Below are positions 7,144-14,654 of a stretch of 15,181 bases of DNA, piece by piece. Numbering within the stretch: the first letter of the stretch is position 1; every line of letters begins with the position of its first letter. The position numbers were made by a program, and so were the translations under genes. Source of the DNA: Verrucomicrobiales bacterium (GTDB lineage Bacteria > Verrucomicrobiota > Verrucomicrobiia > Verrucomicrobiales > SLCJ01). The DNA lies in NCBI GenBank assembly GCA_046075565.1, contig JBJTQJ010000116.1, positions 1 to 15,181 on the forward strand, read 5' to 3'. Under the pieces are notes generated by a model that was given only the letters and a program-made list of their open reading frames with translations, did no database searches and was not told the origin of the DNA.

Positions 7144-8543
7144 AAACGAATTCCACCTTGTTCGCGGCCCTGCTCGCCGCTTCCCTGCTCACCTCCTGCC
7201 TTCCGCGTGAGCGAATGGTATGGTCTCCCGATGGCAAATCGGCGGTCGTCGCGACCCGCGACGGGCTCATCTTGGCGGACGCCGCGGGCAAAGCTCTCGC
7301 CCCGATCGAGACCGACGACGGTCTTTCAACGCAACTGGATGGAACCTTTGTTTGGTCGGCGGACGGCCGAGATTTCTTTATGGTTACGGAGAAGAAGGGA
7401 CTGAAGTGGAAAGATGCAGCCAAACTTGTGCCGGAGGAAGCGCTCCGCGTGGAAGCCCTGGCTAAATCATTGCCGCACACCATTCGTGCCGCTCGCGAAG
7501 GCATGCCCGCAGGTGAACACAAACTCGAGAGCGTGATGGAGGGTCTCATCAACAGCGAACAACCGTTGTTCCTAGTGGCCCTGCGCGCCGCTTACGAATC
7601 GGATCCAGTCGCGGTAAAAGGACTCTTCACCGGGCTTGATGATGAAAAGGAGATCCTCGAAGCATTGGAAGACGAGACACTCGCGATCGTCATCTATCAA
7701 ATCCGCTGGAAAAGCATGGTTGCCGGCGGTCCAGATTATGTGGTGGTGCCCGATCCCGTTATTCTAAAGAGCCTCTTCCCCCTCGGTCAACTCGCGCCCT
7801 CGCCGGATGGCAAACGTCTCGCATTCACCCGCAAGATGGGTGATCGCTTCTCGATCGAACATATTCCCGCCGATCCCAAGGAAAATCACCCGCCCGTGGT
7901 TGTTTACCCGGACATTGGTGCCCATGACTTTGCCTGGTCTTCCGATAGCAAACGATTGTTTGTCGCACGACTATTGGATAAAGACTTGCCGCTCGGACGC
8001 ATCGAATCGAGATCCGCCGATCCAAGTGAGACCTCTGTGAGCCTGATCGCGGAAGGAATGATGGCGAACCCGCCATCGCTGGCCCTGCTCCCGGATGGTT
8101 CGATTCTTTTCGCCTCGACGCCGGCAACCTATCCGCTCACGACAAAGACTGAGCTAACGTCTCCGGCCTTCTATCACGTGTCCCCGGATGGTGCGACGAT
8201 GACAAAAGTTCCGACCGCCGATGGGGCGTTGTCGGCGGACCTGGGTTTCTTCGCCGTTTCGCCGGATGGCCGCCACGTGGTAATCGTGGAATCCGGAAGC
8301 ACGACGGTGGCCACGCTGGATCTGCAATCCGGGGAAGTGAAACTGGTCTCCAGCCCGAGCGCCGGTTGGCTATGCAGGACCCGCCCCGCCTGGAGGAACA
8401 ATAGCGAGTTCACCTATGCCGCCGAAAAAGACGGTAAACCGGTGGTCATGCTGCACTCAATCGAATCCGGTTCGAAGCCCTGGGGCGAGGGATTCGCCGA
8501 TGGCGCCTTCACTGATTGGCTTGAACTGCGGAATGAAAAGTGA
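7140..8543 (+). CDS. Lipoprotein with TolB/PD40-like beta-propeller repeats
   Basis: Signal peptide II MKTNSTLFAALLAASLLTS|C. Blade motifs WSPDGK, WSADGR, PSPDGKRLAF, WSSDSKRL, LLPDGS, VSPDGA, VSPDGRHV, AWRNNSEF. ATGA overlap with the upstream gene. Confidence 0.85.
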   Translation: MKTNSTLFAALLAASLLTSCLPRERMVWSPDGKSAVVATRDGLILADAAGKALAPIETDDGLSTQLDGTFVWSADGRDFFMVTEKKGLKWKDAAKLVPEEALRVEALAKSLPHTIRAAREGMPAGEHKLESVMEGLINSEQPLFLVALRAAYESDPVAVKGLFTGLDDEKEILEALEDETLAIVIYQIRWKSMVAGGPDYVVVPDPVILKSLFPLGQLAPSPDGKRLAFTRKMGDRFSIEHIPADPKENHPPVVVYPDIGAHDFAWSSDSKRLFVARLLDKDLPLGRIESRSADPSETSVSLIAEGMMANPPSLALLPDGSILFASTPATYPLTTKTELTSPAFYHVSPDGATMTKVPTADGALSADLGFFAVSPDGRHVVIVESGSTTVATLDLQSGEVKLVSSPSAGWLCRTRPAWRNNSEFTYAAEKDGKPVVMLHSIESGSKPWGEGFADGAFTDWLELRNEK

Positions 8544-8564
8544 CACCACGCTACAAATCAATCT

Positions 8565-8596
8565 GCCGGCATCTTCTGTAGAGAGAAAATGCCGGC
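8565..8596. terminator. Strong hairpin, possible terminator of the ECF operon
   Basis: GCCGGCATCTTCT-GTAGAG-AGAAAATGCCGGC, 13 bp stem with one mismatch, 21 bp after the stop. No clear U-tract. Confidence 0.4.
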
Positions 8597-8687
8597 GGGA
8601 AACTGCGGAATACACCAGGCCACAAATCGGATGGGTTCACAATCCATGGGAGGACGGGAATGGTTCAGATCCCCACCTTTCATCCAC

Positions 8688-9231
8688 GGAGGGACACGAT
8701 CCCGCAGGGTCGTGTCCGTAGCTTGCTCGTTCGATGGGCCATGGCGGACGCGTCGCGGCGTCATTTGCCGAAAAGGGAGCACGGGCATCCTGCCCGATCC
8801 TGTCAGTTTAACACTCGAAATGGCAAAGAGTGATCAGATTTCAGGGCAAGACCAAGACGGTCTTGCTACGACTCCGATGGATCCTCACGGGCCATATCCC
8901 CTTGAGTTTCCACGTCAGGCGTAGCAAGAGCGTCTCGCTCTTGTCCCACAACGACTTGAACAACGAGAACCCGGAAGACCAAGATTCCTGGTGCCAATCT
9001 CACTGTATTGGGCATCCTGCCCGTGAGCGGGGCAAGTTCCGGGCGAGGACGCCCGGACTCCCATTTTGTCGAGAGAAGAACGAGTGTTGCGGGGTGCAAC
9101 CCAAGGTCATTTCGGCTCCTGTCTCTGATGTTCGGAGCAACCAGAATCCTGTGGTTGCGGAAGATGGGAGGAAGATGGCAATGCCTTCGCCGCACCCTTG
9201 CCGCCACGACAAGAGTGTCGTGGCTCCGAAC
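8688..9231. repeat. Cluster of at least 8 REP-like hairpins with GTAG/GGAG feet
   Basis: 8688-8717 GGAG-GGACACGA..TCGTGTCC; 8776-8796 GGAG-CA-CGGGCA-TCC-TGCCCG; 8844-8869 (-) GTAG-CAAGACC-GTCTT-GGTCTTG; 8921-8947 GTAG-CAAGAGC-GTCTC-GCTCTTG; 9010-9023 GGGCATCCTGCCCG (same as 8783-8796, foot degenerate); 9038-9061 (-) GGAG-TCCGGGCG-TCCT-CGCCCGGA; 9134-9158 GGA-GCAACCA..TGGTTGC; 9203-9227 (-) GGA-GCCACGACA-CTCT-TGTCGTGGC. Confidence 0.8.
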
Positions 9232-9277
9232 TAGATCCCGACCCAAGCGGTTTCTTGGTTTCTTCCCCATTCCGGGT

Positions 9278-9775
9278 TCAGTCCTTTTTCTTCTTCGACG
9301 AGGAGGAAGACTTCTTACCCTTCACATCGCCGTCCCGGTTCTTATAGGTGTTTTTTTCCAGGCTGTAACCCCGGGATTTCCACCATTCCGGCGAGTGGTA
9401 ACCAGTAGGAAGCTCCCTGCGGTTCCGCGATTCATTGTAATCCGTGATGCGGATGTCGCGACTGGATGCGCTGGACTTCTTATTGTCGCTGGAGTGATCG
9501 TTACGGTAGTGGTCGTAACATTCGTCCCCGCGATAGCGGTCGTAGCCGGCATATCTCCCGTAGCCGCCGCCGTAATAGCCGCTCCCGTACCCTCCGTAGT
9601 AAGATGGGCGAACCGAACCGTAATATGGGTAGGAGTTGTAGCTCCGATAAATAGGCGGGGACCCGTAACCGGTATAGGATTCGGTATATCCGCTCTCGTA
9701 GCCGGAGTAGTCGCTGATGATACAGGCCGGGGTGGCCATGGCAAGGAGGATGGCGAAAAGCGGGGTGGTTTTCAT
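9278..9775 (-). CDS. Hypothetical Tyr/Gly/Ser-rich lipoprotein
   Basis: MKTTPLFAILLAMATPA|C signal/lipobox-like start at ATG 9775, a YGSGYYGGGYG low-complexity tract, a small W/Y-containing segment (LPTGYHSPEWWKSRGYSL) and a basic Ser/Lys tail. Confidence 0.75.
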   Translation of the reverse strand: MKTTPLFAILLAMATPACIISDYSGYESGYTESYTGYGSPPIYRSYNSYPYYGSVRPSYYGGYGSGYYGGGYGRYAGYDRYRGDECYDHYRNDHSSDNKKSSASSRDIRITDYNESRNRRELPTGYHSPEWWKSRGYSLEKNTYKNRDGDVKGKKSSSSSKKKKD

Positions 9776-9796
9776 GGGTGTTCGGGTTTCAGAAGG

Positions 9797-9824
9797 TTTG
9801 ACCCGGGAGGGAGCAGATTTATTC
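9797..9824 (-). promoter_or_regulatory. Possible RpoE/ECF-like promoter for the Tyr/Gly-rich lipoprotein
   Basis: Minus strand GAATAA-N17-TCAAA, similar to the RpoE consensus GAACTT-N16-TCAAA; overlaps the rfaD stop codon. Confidence 0.3.
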
Positions 9825-10839
9825 AAGTGCTGGGAGAATCCCCGTCGCCAAGGCGGCGGTCGGGCACCAGATAGCCGGTCACATAATCGCGCACGGCGGC
9901 CGACAGCGCGGTCACCGGGCGGTCATAGCCGCTGTCGCGCAGACGCCGGATATTTGCCTGAGTGAAATACTGGTATTTGCCGCGCAGGGCCTCCGGCATG
10001 TCCACGAATTCGATTTCCACCGGTTTTTTGAGCGCCTCGAAAATCGGGGTCACCAAATCAAGCCAGGTGCGGGCCTCACCGGAACCGAGATTGAAGAGCC
10101 CGCCCGCCAGCGGTGAACGCGCGAGATGGAGTGTCATGTCCACGCAGTCCTTCACGTAGAGGAAGTCGCGTTTTTGCCCGCCATCCGTGTAGTCGGGGTG
10201 GTGGCTGCGGAAAAGTTTCACCGATCCGGTCTCCTGGATTTGTGCCGTCGCCTTGTGCACGACGCTGCGCATGTCCGCCTTGTGGTCCTCGTTCGGACCA
10301 AAGACATTGAAGAACTTCAAGCCCACGATACGCGAGAGCATCCCCTCGCGTTTCGCCCAGCAATCGAAGAGATGTTTGCTGTAGCCATACATGTTGAGCG
10401 GGCGCAGTTGGTGCAAATCCTCGAGCGTATCCTCCATGCCGGCCCCGCCATCACCGTAGGTGGCGGCGGACGATGCATAAACAAACCTTGCACCATGGGA
10501 GAGCGACCATTGGCAGAGGCGACGTGTGTAGTCGAAATTGTTCCGCATCAGGTAGCCGGCATCTTTTTCCGTGGTCGCGGAGCAGGCTCCCATGTGGAGG
10601 ACGAGTGTGATGTCCTGGCCGATGGCCTCACCCGCTTCAAGGCGAGGGAGCAACTCATCGGCATCGACATAGTCGGCATAACGAAGCGGCACCAGATTAC
10701 GCCATTTTTCATCGGTCCCGAGCCGGTCGCAGATCACGATATTCTCATGACCGAGCGAGTTGAGTTTCCACACCAGGGCGCTGCCGATGAATCCGGCTCC
10801 GCCCGTCACGAGAATTCGCATGTTCTTTTTCTGACTCAT
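9823..10839 (-). CDS. rfaD: ADP-L-glycero-D-manno-heptose 6-epimerase
   Basis: ILVTGGAGFIGS, HMGACSATTE, YASSAATYG, PLNMYGYSK (YxxxK), FFNVFGPNEDHKADMRSV, RDFLYVKD, GKYQYFTQA. Start ATG 10839 (GGAAG upstream) or 10821. Confidence 0.95.
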   Translation of the reverse strand: MSQKKNMRILVTGGAGFIGSALVWKLNSLGHENIVICDRLGTDEKWRNLVPLRYADYVDADELLPRLEAGEAIGQDITLVLHMGACSATTEKDAGYLMRNNFDYTRRLCQWSLSHGARFVYASSAATYGDGGAGMEDTLEDLHQLRPLNMYGYSKHLFDCWAKREGMLSRIVGLKFFNVFGPNEDHKADMRSVVHKATAQIQETGSVKLFRSHHPDYTDGGQKRDFLYVKDCVDMTLHLARSPLAGGLFNLGSGEARTWLDLVTPIFEALKKPVEIEFVDMPEALRGKYQYFTQANIRRLRDSGYDRPVTALSAAVRDYVTGYLVPDRRLGDGDSPST

Positions 10840-10890
10840 CTTCCGCAAACATCCATGTTTCCGGGCGCATGGTCAAGCGGTGCGGCGGAC

Positions 10891-10919
10891 TTGCGGGGCG
10901 GGCCGCCCGCGCCCAAAGT
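10891..10919 (+). promoter_or_regulatory. Weak sigma70-like promoter implying a leaderless or very short-leader transcript
   Basis: TTGCGG-N17-CAAAGT ending 8 bp before ATG 10928; no SD present. Confidence 0.3.
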
Positions 10920-10927
10920 TGCCGAAT

Positions 10928-11641
10928 ATGCCTGCCCTGCTCGAATTGGCCGCCGATCTCCGGAAAAAGGTGTCGAAACTCGGTTTCGCCCCACCCGTGG
11001 CCTGCACCTACAATCCCCTTGATTACGCTTGGTCCGGGCATGAGGCCTATCTCAAGGCCTTCGGTGCCGCCCCCAAGCGGGTCGTGTTCCTCGGCATGAA
11101 CCCCGGCCCTTGGGGCATGACCCAGACCGGGGTGCCTTTCGGCGAAATCGCCAGCGTCACCGGCTGGATGGGTCTGCGCTTCGAGGTGCGGAAACCCAAG
11201 CCCGAGCACCCGAAGCGACCCATCGAAGGCCTCGCCTGCCGTCGTTCCGAGGTGAGCGGACGCCGCCTCTGGGGATTGTTTTCCAAACTGCATCCGCACG
11301 CCAAGGACTTCTTCCGTGATCATATCGTGATGAATTATTGTCCTCTCGTCTGGATGGAAGAGAGCGGAAAAAACCGCACTCCCGACAAACTCTCCGCCGC
11401 CGAACGAGCGGCCGTGGATGCCCCGTGCGACGAACATCTGAGAGCCGTTTTAGAGGCACTTTCGCCTGCTCACGTTGTCGGGGTCGGAGGATTCGCCGAA
11501 GGAAAACTGGCCGAGGTCAGCCGCCCCGGTGACCCGTGGAAAATTTCCCGCATCCCCCACCCCAGTCCGGCCAATCCCGCCGCCAACCGGGGATGGGACA
11601 ACGCCGCCATGGCGGAACTGAAGGCGAATGGAGTGATGTGA
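10928..11641 (+). CDS. SMUG1-family (UDG family 3) uracil-DNA glycosylase
   Basis: YNPLDYA, motif A FLGMNPGPWGMTQTGVPFGE, RSEVSGRRLW, NYCPL, KNRTPD, motif B HPSPANPAANRGW. ATG 10928 preferred over GTG 10880. Confidence 0.95.
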   Translation: MPALLELAADLRKKVSKLGFAPPVACTYNPLDYAWSGHEAYLKAFGAAPKRVVFLGMNPGPWGMTQTGVPFGEIASVTGWMGLRFEVRKPKPEHPKRPIEGLACRRSEVSGRRLWGLFSKLHPHAKDFFRDHIVMNYCPLVWMEESGKNRTPDKLSAAERAAVDAPCDEHLRAVLEALSPAHVVGVGGFAEGKLAEVSRPGDPWKISRIPHPSPANPAANRGWDNAAMAELKANGVM

Positions 11642-11748
11642 AGATGGGGCAGCACCAGCAAGCTCAGATATTCTCGGATCAGAGGAAATGCGATGAGCCG
11701 GTGTGGAAGCTGATCCACTCGGTTGTCCGTGATGGTGTCGACCGGTTC

Positions 11749-11948
11749 GTTGGAGTTCGGGCTTTTGCCCGTCTGGTGCCGAGGCCGCTAGACACTGAAG
11801 ATTGATGGTTGATGATTGACGATTTTTGAAGTCTGATTTTCCGTGCCTCTCCCTGGCAGCTCAAGGTCTTCAGGAAATCTTGAATCAACAATCAACACTC
11901 GTCATTCATCAAGAGAGTTGCGGGACGGACTAAAGCCCGAACTCCAAC
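11749..11948. repeat. Inverted GGAG-type REP doublet enclosing a heptamer-repeat inverted element
   Basis: 11749-11773 GTTGGAGTTCGGGCTTTTGCCCGTC versus the reverse complement of 11924-11948 GTTGGAGTTCGGGCTTTAGTCCGTC (23/25). Inside: GATTGAT-GGTTGAT-GATTGAC-GATT (11800-11824) facing AATCAAC-AATCAAC-ACTCGTC-ATTCATC (11883-11910). Confidence 0.8.
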
Positions 11949-12008
11949 CCTGAGCCCCGAGAAGGGAAGATTTAGCGGTCTCTTTATGCGCGCGGCCTGA
12001 GAACTCGC

Positions 12009-13370
12009 CTACTCTGTTGACCTTCGATGCACCGTCATCTTCAAGCCGTGCCGGGGACGCAGGGTGATATCCGGCATAGGTTCAACCGGATGACCGGGAA
12101 CTCCTTGTAACCGGAAGCTCTGCAAGACCATCGCCAGGATCAACCGGGCTTCCAACATGGCGAACTCGTGGCCGATGCAAAACCGGGCTCCCGCACCAAA
12201 GGGAATGTAAGCGTCCGGCGCTGGCGACTCGAATCGGGACGGATCAAAATCCTCCGGACGCTGCCAGAACGCAGGATGCCGATGAAGGGCAAACGGGGAA
12301 ATCACTACCGACGAACCCGCCGGGATGTGGTATCCAGCGATTTCATCCTCGGCGATGGCCCTGCGCTCGATAATCCAAATCGGTGGGTAAAGCCGCATGG
12401 TTTCCTGAATGACCCGTTTGGTCAGTGTGAGTTTCGCGACGTCCTCAAGCACGGGAGTCCTATCGCCGAGCACCGACTGGATCTCTTCCATCAGCTGCCC
12501 TTCCACTTCGGGATGGGTTGCAATCAGATGGAATGTCCAGCTGAGCGCGTTGGCGGTGGTCTCATGACCCGCGAGCAGGAAGGTGATGGTTTCGTTGCGC
12601 AACTGGGTATCGCTCAATCCCTCGCCGGTGTCCGGATCACGCGCGCTCATCAGCATGCCCAACAAATCCTCACGAGGTTCACCTCTCGCTTCTGCTTCCC
12701 AATGGCCGGCGATGATCTGATAGACCACTTGGTCAACCTCCGCCAAGGCCTTGCGAAACCGGAGATTCGCCGGGCTGGGAAACCAATCGGGCAGCCGGAT
12801 GATTTCCCCCAGACGGTTGAAAACATGCGGCAGCATCACCCGCATGGAACGTTCAATGGTGTCCGCATGGCTGGCCGAATCAATGCTGAACAGCGTGCGC
12901 GCGACAATGGCATACGTGAGCCGTGACATTTCCGACGCGATATCGAGAGCCGAACCGGGCGAGGCGTGCTCTCGCCATTGTCGAAGCATGGCCTCCGCGG
13001 CATCCGTCATCTTCCCCGTGAAACCCGCGATCTGGCGGTGGTGAAATGCCGGTTGCGCCATCCGCCGCTGGCGTCTCCAGAAATCGCCGTTGCCGGTGAG
13101 CAGGCTTTCTCCGGTGACCGAGCGTATGGTGTCGGTGCTGCGGGTGCGCTTGTCGTAGTTGGCAGCACGACTTTGGAGCACGTGTTCGACATGATCCGGA
13201 TGATTCAGCATATGCACGACATGCGGGCCCAGACGGCAACGCACGACATCACCGTATTCGACGGCCGACCGTGTCACCAATCCGAGCACATCACGGCGGA
13301 AATCGCGAAGGTTCCCCAGCAGGAGAATTCCTGCCGGACCGGGCGCGTGGCGATGGGAGGCCAGGGACAT
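12009..13370 (-). CDS. Cytochrome P450
   Basis: N-terminal PGP; I-helix FLLAGHETT; K-helix ETMRLYPP; FDPSRF; heme motif PFGAGARFCIG. ATG 13370 preferred because the longer GTG start lies inside a repeat. Confidence 0.97.
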   Translation of the reverse strand: MSLASHRHAPGPAGILLLGNLRDFRRDVLGLVTRSAVEYGDVVRCRLGPHVVHMLNHPDHVEHVLQSRAANYDKRTRSTDTIRSVTGESLLTGNGDFWRRQRRMAQPAFHHRQIAGFTGKMTDAAEAMLRQWREHASPGSALDIASEMSRLTYAIVARTLFSIDSASHADTIERSMRVMLPHVFNRLGEIIRLPDWFPSPANLRFRKALAEVDQVVYQIIAGHWEAEARGEPREDLLGMLMSARDPDTGEGLSDTQLRNETITFLLAGHETTANALSWTFHLIATHPEVEGQLMEEIQSVLGDRTPVLEDVAKLTLTKRVIQETMRLYPPIWIIERRAIAEDEIAGYHIPAGSSVVISPFALHRHPAFWQRPEDFDPSRFESPAPDAYIPFGAGARFCIGHEFAMLEARLILAMVLQSFRLQGVPGHPVEPMPDITLRPRHGLKMTVHRRSTE

Positions 13371-13393
13371 GTCAAACTTGGAAAGGATAATGG

Positions 13394-13522
13394 AACCACG
13401 AACGGGCACGAATTTTCAAGGGGGCAGACGAAAATCCACATTCTCCTACGGACAAATGACAATCATTCCATCAACCTCTGGTTTTAGTTTTTCTTCGTGT
13501 TGTTTCGTGTCCATTCGTGGTT
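13394..13522. repeat. Decamer-unit inverted repeat element between sulfotransferase and P450
   Basis: AACCACGAACGGGCACGAA (13394-13412) versus TTCGTGTCCATTCGTGGTT (13504-13522), 17/19 complementary. TTCGTG recurs at 13494, 13504 and 13514 (10 bp period). Confidence 0.75.
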
Positions 13523-13528
13523 TCTAGG

Positions 13529-14641
13529 TTAGACCGAATACCCCCATTCATCGAATGCGCGCTTCCAGGCGACGGCGACCATATGTTTTGCCGATTCGTC
13601 CAGGGAAGAAAAACGGTTTTTCCGATAACTTGAAATCGAGTCCAGGTAACGCCGGATGGCAGGTTCGGTTTCGGCAAAGTCCCTCAGACCGAGTTTGCCG
13701 TAGAGGCTCCGCAATTCGCCCATGGGATCGCGCTCCAAATCCTCAAAACGGATTTCGTGCAGACGGTCTTCGCGGATCAAAGCGCGATCGTGGAAGTAGG
13801 CGTCATACATCCGTTGGTAGCGGGCGAGGATGTCGGTATCAACACGTTCCCGGTCCGGGCGCTGCAGGTAGGTGAACCAGATGGCGGTGTCGTGATAATG
13901 GCGGCAGGACTGGAAAACATCGTAGGGATGACGGTGGATGTGCACGAACTTCGCGTCGGGAAACATTTCCAGAAGCAGTTTCACCCGCGCGGTGTGTGAC
14001 GGCGACTTGAGCACCAGCGGTTTGCCATATTTGAGGGTGAGCTTCCGGCAGAACCATAGGAGCGCGTTTTTCCATTCTTCGATTTCACCGGCCGGCACAT
14101 CGGCAAAGGTCAGATACCGCGCATAGTTTTCCTCGTGGCGCGGGAAACTAATCCCGAGGTAAAGCGAGCGCAGGCTCATCAGGCAGGGGGCGAATTCGTC
14201 CTCCTGCGGAGTCTGGAAACTCATCGCCATGGCATCCATCGGGCGGGTTTTGGGGAGCATCCACGCAAAACGCCGGGAATGCACATCTTCCGTAGTGAGA
14301 AAGGTGTGCGGATTCACGACCTGATACGTATTCGCGAAAGCGAAGCGTTTATCCTCCGCCAGCAAATTGTGCAGATGGGTTGTGCCCGATCGCCAGTGAC
14401 CGAGGATAAACAGCGGCGGCTCGACCTTGGTGGCGGTGATTTGATCGTAAAACTTCTTTTCCTCTCTGTGCCGGTGGAATGAATTGATCGTGCTGAGCAG
14501 GGACACGAAGGCCGCTCGATGCCAATAGACGGGATCAACGCGGAAATGGTTCTCCCTCAGCAGCCGGAGCCAATCGCCGGTGGTGATGCCGGCGAGGTAA
14601 TTGTTTCCGATACTCCACCGGTTTTTCAGTTGCACGGGCAT
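13529..14641 (-). CDS. PAPS-dependent sulfotransferase, Stf3-like (Sulfotransfer_3)
   Basis: 5'-PSB loop PPLFILGHWRSGTTHLH, RPMD..PQEDEF, VLKSPSH, FPDAKFVHIHRHP..V..S (3'-PB), RFEDL..DP, C-terminal W...FDEWGY. ATG 14641 lies 13 bp after the upstream stop. Confidence 0.93.
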   Translation of the reverse strand: MPVQLKNRWSIGNNYLAGITTGDWLRLLRENHFRVDPVYWHRAAFVSLLSTINSFHRHREEKKFYDQITATKVEPPLFILGHWRSGTTHLHNLLAEDKRFAFANTYQVVNPHTFLTTEDVHSRRFAWMLPKTRPMDAMAMSFQTPQEDEFAPCLMSLRSLYLGISFPRHEENYARYLTFADVPAGEIEEWKNALLWFCRKLTLKYGKPLVLKSPSHTARVKLLLEMFPDAKFVHIHRHPYDVFQSCRHYHDTAIWFTYLQRPDRERVDTDILARYQRMYDAYFHDRALIREDRLHEIRFEDLERDPMGELRSLYGKLGLRDFAETEPAIRRYLDSISSYRKNRFSSLDESAKHMVAVAWKRAFDEWGYSV

Positions 14642-14654
14642 GGGTATCGACCGA

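Noticed and set aside
7140-8543. Calling the propeller protein TolB or an S9 peptidase
   Set aside because: No TolB N-terminal domain or tol-pal neighbours, and no C-terminal GxSxG hydrolase domain.
8688-9231. Possible CRISPR array
   Set aside because: Hairpins differ in sequence, switch orientation and are irregularly spaced; no cas genes in the window.
8589-9270. ORFs 8589-8924, 8830-9234 and 8866-9270 in the intergenic region
   Set aside because: They translate through REP-like palindromes and have no protein-like motifs.
3559-10839. A joint LPS-modification cluster of the GT-C gene and rfaD
   Set aside because: They are over 4 kb apart on opposite strands with unrelated genes between; no evidence of linkage.
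10126-11437. ORFs 10126-11022 (+) and 10745-11437 (-)
   Set aside because: Antisense shadows of rfaD and the SMUG1-family gene.
11644-11805. 53-codon ORF starting right after the SMUG1 stop (MGQHQQAQIF...)
   Set aside because: Runs through the REP and ends in the heptamer repeat; no family features. Not excluded, but unsupported.
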